DNA from: Octopus bimaculoides
Lineage: Eukaryota
Length of the DNA stretch: 64,000 nucleotides
Assembly: GCF_001194135.2 (NCBI RefSeq)
Contig: NC_068986.1
Coordinates: 83,763,790-83,827,789 of the forward strand
Direction of reading: 5' to 3'
The stretch's first letter is position 1, and each line of letters opens with the position of its first letter. The translations under genes were made by a program, and so were the position numbers. The notes beneath the pieces were generated by a model. The model did no database searches and had not been told where the DNA came from. It was given only the letters and a program-made list of their open reading frames with translations. Positions 12,345-24,342 of this stretch are shown here, in pieces.

Positions 12345-12964
12345 ATTGGTGATACAACAGAAAGTCATTTAAGCAAACTAATAGGGTGTGCATTAAATAC
12401 ACAGTGTTCCATCAGCCTACAACAATGAACTATACCTCCTTCATGGTAACTATTCTGCCTACTAAGAAGGGAGTAAATATTGTTATTGCAAATGATGATT
12501 TCTCTCTCTCTCTTTTTTTATTTTCATTTACATTTGAAAAACATGACTTTTAAAGGTCGTTGCTTATCTTTGATTAATAGTATTAAACAGATATGAGAAA
12601 AAAACATTCTCTGGGTAGACACTGGTCTGTTTTAGCTAACATTAACATTCCCAGATGACGTGAATGGACCCTATTCTTGATATCACTCTTAACTAAGGCA
12701 TGTAACATTTACTCTACTCAACAAAAATGCAATAAAGTTTTGGTAAGGTGGGAAATGTTATTTAGAGGTGAAAGCAGCACTCACGATATTTGTAGATCAT
12801 CCCAGACAGATAAAATTCATGTGGATGATGTTAGCTTGGACTTTTGTAGGTCAAATAGTTGCAAGAAAATCACCAGTGGGGTGAAGTTCATGGAAGGACT
12901 AGGAAATGTTTAGTGTAAGGTCTAAGAGTTGAAATTAAGGGTGTTGGAAGGGTAAGAGACAGGT

Positions 12965-13180
12965 AGTTGTTTTGTTGTTTTGGTTTAGCCCCTGGTCAGT
13001 TTTGTCTGTATAGACCTATGATCAAAAGTTTTCCCACTATGACCATCCAATTTCATCTTTCAAACATTATGTGCCCCAGGCTATATTCCTAATGTGACCT
13101 TTTTTAAGATGATAGGGTATGACTTGCGGGAAATATTGTATCTATTTCTAGCTGGTCAACTGCCATGTAACAACTCCTGT
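12965..13180 (+). repeat. Family B copy
   Basis: TTTAGCCCCTGGTCAG..AGACCTATGATCAAAAG..TGACCATCC..AAGATGATAGGGTATGACTTG..TATTTCTAGC. Confidence 0.7.
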
Positions 13181-14019
13181 ATACTAGTGGGCCTGTGCAG
13201 AGAGGATATAGAACCTGCAGTGAATTTGGTCTTGTGAATGAGCTGGTAGTTCACTACTATTCTCACTTCCTCAATTTATTTCCATTAGAAGTCAAGAGCA
13301 GCCTTGAGACTCCACATTCTTCATCTTTTTGGCTAATTTCTTTCTCCTATCTTTGTTTTCTTTCACTTCCTTTCCCTCCTCCACCAACACAGTCACCACC
13401 ACCATAGTTGTCTTTACTGTCTTCACATATATTTTCTCACCACATGTAACATGTTAGAGAAGACTATTATTTAACTATGGTACTAATGGCAGCTTATAAA
13501 AATTCCTACAGAAACTGACTGAAGGATAGTTGTGAAAGTTGAATTTTATTTCAAGTATTTACTTGCAAGCTTCATTCTATTACTTCCACTGCACAAATGC
13601 AACAGCTGCACTTAAACCAAGAGCTGATTTCTATGGCAGGCATAAAAATTTGGCTGCAGTTCAATGTCTAGATATCTTCTTCAGAGAAATTTCAGAGTTT
13701 GTAGAGCATTGAGCAAGATGTTTGTTCTATTTAGTTATGGTCCATAATGTTCCAAGTTCAAACCTCACTGTGACCAACTCTACCTTTCAGTTTTTTTAGA
13801 TATATAAAATAGAGTACTAGTCAAGTACTAGTGTTAATTTAATAATCCTATAGAATATCCAAATTGTGAATGGAGGTATTATAGGAACATGTATTATCAA
13901 CAGATGTTGATATATTATTATTATTACTATTACAATGTAACAATTCTGAACAATCATAAACTCTCCTGTTGTAGATAACAGATGATTTGTTTATAGTTAT
14001 CAAATGTGTTGTACATTAA

Positions 14020-14170
14020 TTAACTCACTTGCTCCATTAAATTGATATTACCTCTACTGGTGCACAGTGTGCCACATGTCAGATGTCGAAGTGACACAGA
14101 TCAATGTAAGATGAAGTGTTTTGCTCTAGAGCACAATGCACTGCCCAGTCTGGGAATCGAAAACAACAAT
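14020..14170 (-). mobile_element. CORE-like SINE family F fragment
   Basis: ATGAAGTGTTTTGCTCTAGAGCACAATGCACTGCCCAGTCTGGGAATCGAAA is the reverse complement of a B-box plus a TGTGTTCTTGAGCAAGACACTT-type core. Confidence 0.6.
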
Positions 14171-14524
14171 GCATCATGTTGTGGAATAGCCGGTATGGTA
14201 GACTGCTTGGACAAAATTTAAATACCATTTGGTGTTTAGTTCTATCACTCTAATCCCATAATGGTCAACTTCATTTTCTTTGGGTACATTGTATCTCCTG
14301 GGGCTAATTCACGTTACTTGAGCTATGAGCCTACACAAGAAATTATTACCCTGTACATGTAAGTGAAAGCAGGGTATTGTAATTACTCATCTTCGTTTGT
14401 GTGTTTGCAAAATTACTGGAAAATGTCTGAATGGATTTTCACCTAATTTGGCAAAAATACTTGGGTGAGTGGCTTGAAATGATGAAAATTTGGTTTGATA
14501 ATCTTCAAACAGACATAAATATAT

Positions 14525-14570
<46 letters not shown>

Positions 14571-14904
14571 GCGTGTGCATGCAGTGATGGGTTTGAGGGT
14601 TTTGTTTATTTACGAGTTGATTTCTTAATTTCACCAGAGTATAAACACCTATAATGGTGATACTTAAAAAAAAAGAAATGTGTTTTAAATTGAACTTACA
14701 AATTTCCCAATAAACAAATGGTCATATTATTTATATCCTACTACAAACTACAGTATGTTTGATTCACCTACTATCATTAAAAGATGTTGCTATGCAATAT
14801 TTTCTATAAGTATTTCATTTTGTTTACTTTCTTTTTCATATGAATTGACCCTCATCTGCATGTGTATAAACCTATGCACATAAATACGTATCAGTACATA
14901 CATA

Positions 14905-15275
14905 CATCATCATCATCATTTAGTGTCTATTGTCCATGCTGGCAAGCTGGAAGGCTGTACCAGGCCCCAGTCTGATTTGGGATGGTTTCTATGGCTAGAT
15001 GTCACTGGCACGAGTGCCATTTGCGCGACATCAGTATCTGCCATGACTGCAATTTTACTTGGCTTGATGGGTCTTCTTCTCAAGCATGACATAATGCCAA
15101 AGGTCTCAGTCATTGCCTCTGCATGGCCCAGCACTCAAAAGGAGCTTTTCATGTGCCACTGGCATCGGCCACTTTGCCTCCATGAGGCCCAATGCTTGGA
15201 AGGTGCATTTCATGTGCCACCAGCATGGGTGCCAGTTACGTGACACCAGCATCAGCCATGACTACAATTTCACTT
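14905..15275 (-). mobile_element. RTE LINE 3' UTR fragment (family D) with (ATG)n tail
   Basis: (CAT)n, TCCATGCTGGCA, CCAGTCTGATTTGG, GTGCCAC repeats; same family is joined to an RTE ORF at 50066-50990. Confidence 0.6.
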
Positions 15276-15489
15276 GATACATAGATATGTGGCTGTGATT
15301 TCTTAATTTCACCATTCTTAGGCTTCTAATGCTCTTTTAGTCAAACACTTACAAAGCTTAATTCAGTTCAATTAAAAAGCATGGGTAAGCAACGCATTGT
15401 AAGCTACACTATAATTTATGAAAAAATTTATCTGCGTGCAGGGTATGCATTGCCCCTCCGATGCTTTTTTTTCATTATTGCTGTTGTTA

Positions 15490-15650
15490 TATGGAAGTGG
15501 TTGTGTGATTAAAATGTTTGCTCTGTAACTACATGGACCGTGAGTTCAATCCTACTACACAACATCTTAAGCAAGTGTCTTCCACTATGGTCTTAGATTG
15601 ACCAGTACATTGTAAGTGGACAGAAACTATGCAGAAACCTGTTTGAACAC
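15490..15650 (+). mobile_element. tRNA-derived SINE family C head
   Basis: GTGGTTGTGTGATTAA, GAGTTCAATCC, GCAAGTGTCTTCCACTAT, GTAAGTGGA..CAGAAACT. Confidence 0.6.
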
Positions 15651-16515
15651 ACACAAACACACACATACACACACGTGTGTCTGTGTGTGGGCCTATATGT
15701 GTCTGTGTTTATGTTTACACTGATCTAAAACCAGTGTTATTTAAGATGGGTCACATTATATCCCATTACTGGTTTGACAAATATAGATCAATAAAATAAG
15801 TACCATATCATTTTTTGTTACATCAACACTTACCACCTGCCCATACTACACCACAAAGTGATGACAAACTGAGACTCAGCATCATCACCAATATCCTTTA
15901 CCATAACCCTTGCATTGCACTGCCCTAAGTATTGTGGTACAAGCTTTTGGGCAGATGTTTAACATTCCAGCTTGGTCTGCATTTTCTTTTCTTTTGTACT
16001 TTGTCCTACATTTTGAATGCTACACATATGGTTCTAATGTATCTTAGCTAGCAATGTTATTCCATGCATCAGTCAAGATTACCTGATGTTACTCTTTTTA
16101 TGGTCATGAGAAAAGTCCTTGTGCCTTCCAAGATGCAAAGATAAAATTTCTTGTTTTCTTACTCTTTGATAAGGGAATGAATCATAGTGCACCTTCCCTT
16201 GTCGCACAGCTAAAAGAAAGGTTGGGAATGCTTTCTCTACTTCTCATTTCAAACTTCATTCGTTCCTTCAGTGTGTGTGCATATCCATGTTAAGAGAGGT
16301 TAAAATATATTGTCATGCAACTTACAAATTAAGTCTTTAAAAAAATCAAGCATTATATTTCAAAAAAATATTTTTACATAATTTCATCTCCATTTTTGTT
16401 AACACAAAGTGTTAAGAAAAAGCCAATGGTGTTAAGAAAAAGACAAAACTGAACATTATCTAGCTAGCTACCTACCTATCTGTCTGTCACTCTCTCTAAT
16501 AATATAGACTCTTTT

Positions 16516-16545
16516 ACTCTCTCTCTCTCTCTCTCCCCCTCTCTC

Positions 16546-16579
<34 letters not shown>

Positions 16580-16611
16580 CCTCTCTCTCCCTCCCTCTCT
16601 CCCTCCCTCTC
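16516..16611. repeat. (CT)n/(CCCT)n microsatellite flanking gap 16612-16805
   Basis: Direct reading. Confidence 0.9.
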
Positions 16612-17046
16612 NNNNNNNNNNNNNNNNNNNNNNNNNNNNNNNNNNNNNNNNNNNNNNNNNNNNNNNNNNNNNNNNNNNNNNNNNNNNNNNNNNNNNNNNN
16701 NNNNNNNNNNNNNNNNNNNNNNNNNNNNNNNNNNNNNNNNNNNNNNNNNNNNNNNNNNNNNNNNNNNNNNNNNNNNNNNNNNNNNNNNNNNNNNNNNNNN
16801 NNNNNAGAATAATTAATAATAATAATAATAACAACAACAACAACAATCACAATAATGATAATAATGTTGGTTTTGCTGTTATTCAACTAGTAGTTATGAT
16901 TCTGTGTGATAATAATGATCAGCGTCATCATCATCATAAAGTTATTCATATCTTTAAAGTTATTCAGTGTCACTTGGAAAATAATAAATTTCAAGCAATA
17001 TGAAAAATTAATTTAAATTTTCATTTTCATTGATGGGCGGAATATG

Positions 17047-17085
<39 letters not shown>

Positions 17086-17519
17086 GAAAACTGCTTTTGT
17101 GCAGATATACCAAGTTTGCATGAAAATAGATAAAAAGTATAGAGCTTACAAGACAAAACATAATAAATAAATAAATATATAAATAAATTACAAAATGAAA
17201 TTTTCAGTGAAACATTCCAAAAATTTGATATGATTATGAAATATTTTTTGATTATTTCTTATTTTTTACTTTTTGAAAAGAAAATAATGTTTCAAAGTTC
17301 TTGCTTTTGATTGACTATAGCAGAACTGACTTACCAACAGAATATGCCGTGTGTGTGTGTGTGTCTCTGTGTGAGTGTGTGTGTGTGTATCTGTGTGTGT
17401 GTGTGTGTATATGTGTGCATGTGTGAAAAATCATTTGAGACTGTGTTTGTATTTTCCTTTCCATTTACTGGGTTTGGAGAAAGGAACAGTGCCCTTGTCC
17501 TTTGTAGGTCCTCTGAAAC

Positions 17520-17920
17520 CTGTGAGCTTGATGCTGTTAACGATCTGTTTAATCTGTGGCTGGTCAAGGCCTGCAAGAAAGACGGGAGAAGATTCCAGAA
17601 GAAAGCAGGAGAAGATTCCAGAGGGTTGATGAACTGGGTAGAAAAGACTTGGCACAGTGGCTAGTGTGGAGCTGAGGTGGTGTAGATACACCAAGGATGA
17701 CAAGTAGTGGATAGACAAGTGGGTAGGGGGTACCTGAATGGAGTAGGTATAACATCAGCCTGCTGCAAAGAATAGTGGCCATCATAGTAAGAATAGAAAA
17801 AACAGAGGCAACTGTATGCATGTGAACCAAAGGTTGTGTGCTTATATTTCTTTTACTGGTTCTAACTATTGGATTGTGACCATACTGGTGCTCTGTCTTC
17901 AAGAGCCTTTTAATCAGTCA
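17520..17920 (-). mobile_element. 3' end of an L2/CR1/Jockey-like LINE ORF2 (decayed)
   Basis: HTSHCAKSFLPSSSTLWNLL and PVFLAGLDQPQIKQIVNSIKL in overlapping minus frames. Confidence 0.6.
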
Positions 17921-18269
17921 TACAAACCCCAGTATCTATTTCAGTTTGGTGTTTATTTTTAATTTTTATTTATCAAAGGGTTAAAATTTTCCTTTTGAGT
18001 CATAAAAACAAAACACAACTTGATGCTGTGGTTCACACTAGTATATTAAAACACACTGAGCTAACAAAGGCACCTGTTAGAGGCACCCAAGTCTCCCTCA
18101 TATCAAACCCAACCTCTTAAATATGCAAAGACACTTTGGACAATTTGATCCTAGATATATACCCCCAAAACATTGAGGTGGTCATGGTTGAAATCCTTTT
18201 GATCATTGACTTGCTCATTCAAGGTTGAATTAGAGATAGAAACCAACACGTGCATATAAAAATATCAAC

Positions 18270-18425
18270 AGATCTTCGCACAGTTTCTGTCTATCAAATC
18301 CTATATACAAAGTATTGGTGAACTAGAGGTTAAGTAGTAAACACTTGCCTCCAGTGCCATGCTGTGGGATTGAACTTAGAATCACATGAGTGAAAAAGAA
18401 ATTCTTAACCACATGGCTATATCTG
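18270..18425 (-). mobile_element. SINE family C head
   Basis: GTTTCTGTCTATCAAATCC..ACACTTGCC..GGATTGAAC..TTAACCACATGGCTAT. Confidence 0.6.
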
Positions 18426-18494
18426 CATCTTGTACATATATTAAATTGCATTTGTGATTGCATTACTGTGGGTATATATACTTACATGCACACG

Positions 18495-18498
18495 CACG

Positions 18499-18578
<80 letters not shown>

Positions 18579-18610
18579 CACACACACACACACACACATA
18601 TGCACACACA
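18495..18610. repeat. (CA)n microsatellite
   Basis: Direct reading. Confidence 0.9.
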
Positions 18611-18740
18611 TATATAAGTACATTTGTAATAGTTTATAGGTGGCATTGTATGTGGGTATTCTCTCACAGTATTTGTGAATGTTACTGTCTGTGCATACTT
18701 GTATAATTTTTTTATGTGTGGTATGTGTGTGTCCTGCATT

Positions 18741-18783
<43 letters not shown>

Positions 18784-19374
18784 TATACTACTGTTGGCTT
18801 ATTCTTTTAACTATGTGCATTTTTCTGTGTGTGTAATATAATTAGATTTGTGTGTATTTGTGTATGTGCCTCACCTATATCTGTGACATTGCTGTCAGTG
18901 TATGTATGTTTGTATGTACATATGTATGATTGCGTGTCATATATCATACTGAAATGCAGGCATAAAGTATATAAGACAGTGGAAGCTGTGTGTATGTATG
19001 TGTTGAGGATAGTGGGTTGGTGGTGGTGGCCTGTGCAGGAAGATCATTTAAGCGGTTTGACACTTCTCTATCATGTCTTCCTCACCTTTTGCTGTAGCTT
19101 CCCTATTTACTTTGACCATTTTTCAAATATCAACAGCTTTAGCATGACAATTTCAAGTGGTACCACCACCGTCCATACCACAGCTCTTTATTTAAATAGA
19201 AGGTGACTGTCTCCACTGTGCAAGCTGCAATCTTGATGAAATATCTCTTCTTTAAGGCCGTGTTAGATACACAGACAGATGTATAGATAAACAAACAAAC
19301 AGCCTGCACGCTTTCAGGCTTCTTGTGACATTTGTTATTTTGCAAATTCAATTTCTTTTTCCTTTATATTCTGT

Positions 19375-19560
19375 GCAGGCATGATTAGGTACCAGCAGGG
19401 CTGTGTATTCATAAAGTTTGCTTCACAACCACATGGTTTTGGGATTAGTGCCATTGCATGGAACTTTCAACAAGTGTCTTCTACTGTAGCCTCAGGTTCA
19501 ACAATGTCTTGTGAGTAGAATTAGAATTGGTAGACAGAAACTAAAAGGAAGTCACTATAT
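19375..19560 (+). mobile_element. SINE family C head
   Basis: GGCTGTGT..CAACCACATGGTT..CAAGTGTCTTCTACTGTAGCCTC..TTGTGAGT..TTGGTAGACAGAAACT. Confidence 0.7.
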
Positions 19561-20282
19561 ATAGATACATGTGTGTGTGTTTAGAGATGTTTATATGTAT
19601 CGGTCTGTCTGTCTGTGGATGTGTGTAGACGTATGTATGCATGCATGAATGTTGTTTCTATATGGTTTCATTAGCACCACTTGAGCAAAGCAATAAACAA
19701 AGTTCCCATACTTTCAGTGGCTTAATGTTCTCTCTACTTTTCAACATTCTTTACCTATCTATATCTGTCTATCCCTGTCAATCCTTCTTTCTTTCTCACT
19801 ATGTGTGTCTATACCTGTCTGTCTTTCTCCACATTTAAAAAATGTTTATCTTTATTTTCCAACTTATTTTACTGTTATTCTTATTTTTCTTATTCATTTT
19901 CCCTATCTTTTCATCTCTCTTCTTCCAATTCTTCAACACCTTTTCTTTTTCACATCCATCAAGATCATGAACATTGCCAATCAGTCTTAATTCCATGTAA
20001 GTAGTTCTACCACTACCATCACCACCAAATATGAAGATTTGTAAATGTATTACTGAATTATTCTTGTACCATAATGCACTAAAGGAGGCATGGCAACCAA
20101 CGGAAATTACCTAGAGAGGTCAGCCACATGGAAAATAGCTGGTAAATAACAAAAACACCTAATGTGGCATGCAAGAAAATTTTAACTGGGGTTTTTCTGC
20201 TTGCACTAACTTATTTTAGTCATGTAGTAAGTAGAGAGACAGAGAGAGAGAGGTGGAGTGGGGAGGGAGAGAGAGAGAGAGG

Positions 20283-20330
<48 letters not shown>

Positions 20331-20479
20331 TATGTAATTGTACTACTGCATTATGCACTCCTTAGGCAAGGAAAATCTAAATGTTTCAGAAAAATTCAAC
20401 TTGGAATAATTACCATTTCACTACATATTATCATTTCACATGTAAGGGTGTAGAAGTTGGCCACACCACTGTTCAGTCA

Positions 20480-20990
20480 GTTTTACTACATAGCTGTTCT
20501 TTACAACTGTTCTACATTGCTGTTCTGCATAACTGTTCTGTTTAACTGTTATATAAAGCCTTACTACATGATTGCATAGTTGTTCTATATAATTGTTGAG
20601 CATGTTTGGCATAACTGTTTACAAAACTGTTCTGCATAAATAACTATCCAACATAAATGTTATGCATAGCTGCTGCATAACTATGTGAACCAATGAGAGA
20701 CCTTCTATGCAGCCTCTCAATCTGGTAGAAATAGCAACTAAATCTTCCTCATATTATTTCTTACAATTTATGGAAAGGCAAACACATTTGCTAATGTAAT
20801 TCTAAATGCTCCTAAAAAAGATGGGATGGTTATGGTTGGAATACCTTTGGTGACAGGTCTGCTCAATCAAAGTTGTCTTGAGATTAAACAACATAACTGT
20901 TCTGTGTGTGTGTATTATATAGTTGTTCAACATAATCATTCCACATAAATATTCATTCAGCATAACAGTTCTGTATAATTGTTTCAGTCA
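20480..20990. repeat. Degenerate CATAACTGTTCT(G/A) minisatellite interrupted by a family B copy (about 20700-20890, minus)
   Basis: Repeated ATAACTGTTCT/ATAGCTGTTCT units on both sides of family B motifs. Confidence 0.6.
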
Positions 20991-21168
20991 ACTTTGTCAC
21001 TCATGTCCTTCTCCATGCAGTACTATTGTAATTGGATGATACCATTCTTTCTAATGAGATTTATAGGGAATTGGAAGTTCAGTAGCTTATATTATATCAA
21101 TGTTTTCAAGGCAAAAGCTGTACATTATTTACAATTGATGGATATTTGTCCTCATCTTGTTTGTTGTT

Positions 21169-21214
21169 AACACAATGTTTCGGCTGATATACCCTGCAGC
21201 CTTCATCAGGTGTC
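21169..21214 (-). ncRNA. Minimal type I hammerhead ribozyme motif (one stem III mismatch)
   Basis: Reverse complement: GACAC CTGATGA A GGCTG cagggtatat CAGCC GAAA CATT GTGTT. Confidence 0.75.
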
Positions 21215-21339
21215 TTTAGGAAATTTCGAACCTGGGTTCTCATTCCTAAAGTATTTTTCAATGATGCTGCTGCTGCTGCTGCTACTGTTGCTGTTGCTGT
21301 TGTTGTTGTTGTTGTTGTTATTATTATTATTATTCTGGT

Positions 21340-21411
21340 CACTGCCTAGAATCAAACTCGGAATCTTGGGGTTAGTAGCCCGCGCTCTTAACCACTATGC
21401 CATATGCCCGT
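21340..21411 (-). promoter_or_regulatory. tRNA-derived Pol III internal promoter (A and B boxes) of copy 1
   Basis: Minus strand TGGCATAGTGGTTAAG (A box) and GAGTTTGATTC (B box), anticodon-arm-like GGG CTACTAA CCC; mirrored on plus strand at 21412-21478. Confidence 0.75.
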
Positions 21412-21569
21412 GGGCATAGTGGTTAAGAGCATGGGCTACTAACCCCAAGATTCCAAGTTCGATTCTAGGCAGTGACCTGAATAATAATAATGATGATAAT
21501 AATAATAATAATAACAACAGCATCGAAAAATACCTTAGGAATGAAAGCCCAGGTTCAAAATTTCCCAAA

Positions 21570-21616
21570 GACACCTGATGAAGGCTGGAGGGTATATCAG
21601 CCGAAAAGGTTGTGTT
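21570..21616 (+). ncRNA. Minimal type I hammerhead ribozyme motif (stem III altered)
   Basis: GACAC CTGATGA A GGCTG gagggtatat CAGCC GAAA AGGTT GTGTT. Confidence 0.7.
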
Positions 21617-22247
21617 AACAACAAACAAGATGAGGACAAATATCCGTCAATTGTAAATAATGTAAATAATGTACATAATTCCTCATCTCTTAAATATAGA
21701 ACTGCAAAAGCTGTAGTTTTAAGCTATGATATAGACAAGCAAAAATAAATAGATAATGCTTATTTCTGTAACTATCTGGGGTATAATACAATTACCAAAT
21801 GTTTGTTGATTTGCAGTGTCCAGTTAAAGCCATATAAAGTGTATATTGTTGAAAAAGATGAACTTGACAACGTTAACCTAGATACACTATAGATACATTA
21901 CACAGGCCAACAAAGGAACCATAGATGATCACTGAACCTGATAAACATGTCAGCAAAATCTCCTTCAGGTCAGATTCTACTATCTTAAATAAGTAATGAA
22001 CACATTAGATTAATGTATCCTAAAAAGACAGTATGGCTACAACTGAAATACCTTTGTTCATTAGTTTGTTCATTCAGGTTTTAATTAAACAACAATAAAA
22101 CCATAGATACACTATATTAAAATAAAGAGTAATTGCTCAATCATTCAACTACGGTAGTAGTTGAATAATATTCTTAAGGCCACAATTTACTCACAGGCAG
22201 CATCTTCAGAGCTTTGTCGCTAATTCAGTTCTAAACTGAATTGAAAA

Positions 22248-22481
22248 CTCTTTTACTCTTTTACTTGTTTCAGTCATTTGACTGCGGCCATGCTGGAGCA
22301 CCGCCTTTAGTCGAGCAAATCGACCCCAGGACTTATTCTTTGGATGCCTAGTACTTATTCTATCGGTCTCTTTTGCCGAACCGCTAAGTTACGGGGACGT
22401 AAACACACCCCCATCGGTTGTCAAGCGATGTTGGGGGGGGGGGACACAGACATAAACATACACACACACATACATATATAT
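22248..22481 (-). mobile_element. Young SINE family C 3' half with (GTAAAAGA)n tail; rest lost in gap 22482-22836
   Basis: CTCTTTTACTCTTTTACTTGTTTCAGTCATTTGACTGCGGCCATGCTGGAGCACCGCC...; near-identical to 63637-63840. Confidence 0.85.
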
Positions 22482-24044
22482 NNNNNNNNNNNNNNNNNNN
22501 NNNNNNNNNNNNNNNNNNNNNNNNNNNNNNNNNNNNNNNNNNNNNNNNNNNNNNNNNNNNNNNNNNNNNNNNNNNNNNNNNNNNNNNNNNNNNNNNNNNN
22601 NNNNNNNNNNNNNNNNNNNNNNNNNNNNNNNNNNNNNNNNNNNNNNNNNNNNNNNNNNNNNNNNNNNNNNNNNNNNNNNNNNNNNNNNNNNNNNNNNNNN
22701 NNNNNNNNNNNNNNNNNNNNNNNNNNNNNNNNNNNNNNNNNNNNNNNNNNNNNNNNNNNNNNNNNNNNNNNNNNNNNNNNNNNNNNNNNNNNNNNNNNNN
22801 NNNNNNNNNNNNNNNNNNNNNNNNNNNNNNNNNNNNTTTTATTTTAAAAGTAAAATATATTTATCTTAGCATCAATGATAGAAGAAAGCATGAACAATTT
22901 CATAGTTTTGTTCCCATGCAACAAAAATTTGTATCAAAAAAGTTGTGAGGTAAAATATCATGAAAAAAAATATAAGGTAAAAAATTGGATTTAAGTATAA
23001 TTAACTTTTTTATTTTAAAAGGAAACTATATCTTAATTAAGCTTAAATGATAGAGCTCAATTCGAGGAATTTCATAGTATCAATCTCATGCAATGAAGTT
23101 TTAAAAGAAAAAAGTTATCAGTGTTTCTCAAATTTGAGGGTGATAATATAGTTCTATACTTTTTATGAATATAGTTCTATAAGGGACTATTAACATATGT
23201 CACCAGCATCATTGAGGAAGGAAAAAATTATCAATGACACCACTAATTTACAATTAGTTTAATTACGTCATCTGTATTAATTAATGCAATTATATCATAA
23301 AAATCAAAAAAATTAAAATATTTAGCAATTTTGGTAATAGCCTAACCATTTTGGCAATCCTTCGTTTTAATTTGAAGGCATGTGCATGCAGCTCTGCTGT
23401 TACCTTACGGCATTTGGTAAATTCTGTAAGAAATTAATTTTTATGAATGGAAATGTACACTTGGTTTGAAGTCAGCATAAAATGAAAGAAAGAGGATATG
23501 GATGTGTGCTTGTTGTGGGGGGGGGGGGAGACAGAAAGTGTGTGCTGTGTTTGTATGTGAGAGAGAGAGAGAGAGTGACAGCGTACAACTTTTATTTATT
23601 TTTTCTCACATCTTTTTTCAGTGAATTTGTGAGTGGTTGACACAGAGAGAGAGAGAGAGATAGTGTAAATTTTACTTAGCTACTTATACATACATGCAAA
23701 AAAAAAAATTGTCATGAAAACCCACACCTTCACTCAGTGACTGACTTTTTTTCTTTCCCTCACACGCACACATATAAAAAACATGTATACATATGTATTT
23801 ATGCATGTACGTGCATACAACAGATAATGAGTGTATGTGACTGTGTGCATGTGTTACTGACCCTGGCCATTTTACACATACATGACAACACCTCTCTCTC
23901 TCTCTCTTTCAGTCAATCACTCACACACTCACTCACTAAAATAGGGGAAATGAGAAAAACTAAATCAATAAAAAAATTTACTCTTTCACTCTCTCCCTTT
24001 CTCTCTCTCTCACAGAGCAAGACACACCTCTCTTTCTTTGACAG

Positions 24045-24079
<35 letters not shown>

Positions 24080-24185
24080 AATCACTCACACACTCACTCA
24101 AAAACGATGCAAGGAAAAAAAAAAAATGTATGCTATCACTCTCTCTCTCTCTCCCTCACACACACATACACAACAACACACACCG

Positions 24186-24220
<35 letters not shown>

Positions 24221-24342
24221 TACTCACATGCATGCACATCACACATTTGAAATTTATTATTCAATTTTCAATAAGGTAAAATCTTAAATTATTAATTGGC
24301 ACATTTTTAATTAGCATAATTGCATAGTCTGGAAAAAACATG

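Larger units (their letters stand above)
21123..21703. mobile_element. Inverted-repeat tRNA-head/hammerhead element (putative Penelope-dependent SINE/retrozyme), copy 1
   Basis: Arms are reverse complements about 21406-21415; each arm is tRNA-like head, trinucleotide tract, hammerhead motif, tail; direct repeat GCAAAAGCTGTA at 21111-21122 and 21704-21715. Confidence 0.85.

Noticed and set aside
21340-21478. tRNA genes
   Set aside because: A/B boxes and an anticodon-like arm are present but there is no paired acceptor stem; these are SINE heads, and the parent tRNA (Thr- or Ser-like) is unresolved
22837-23400. AT-rich segment resembling a non-autonomous DNA transposon
   Set aside because: The left end is lost in a gap and no TIR or TSD could be identified
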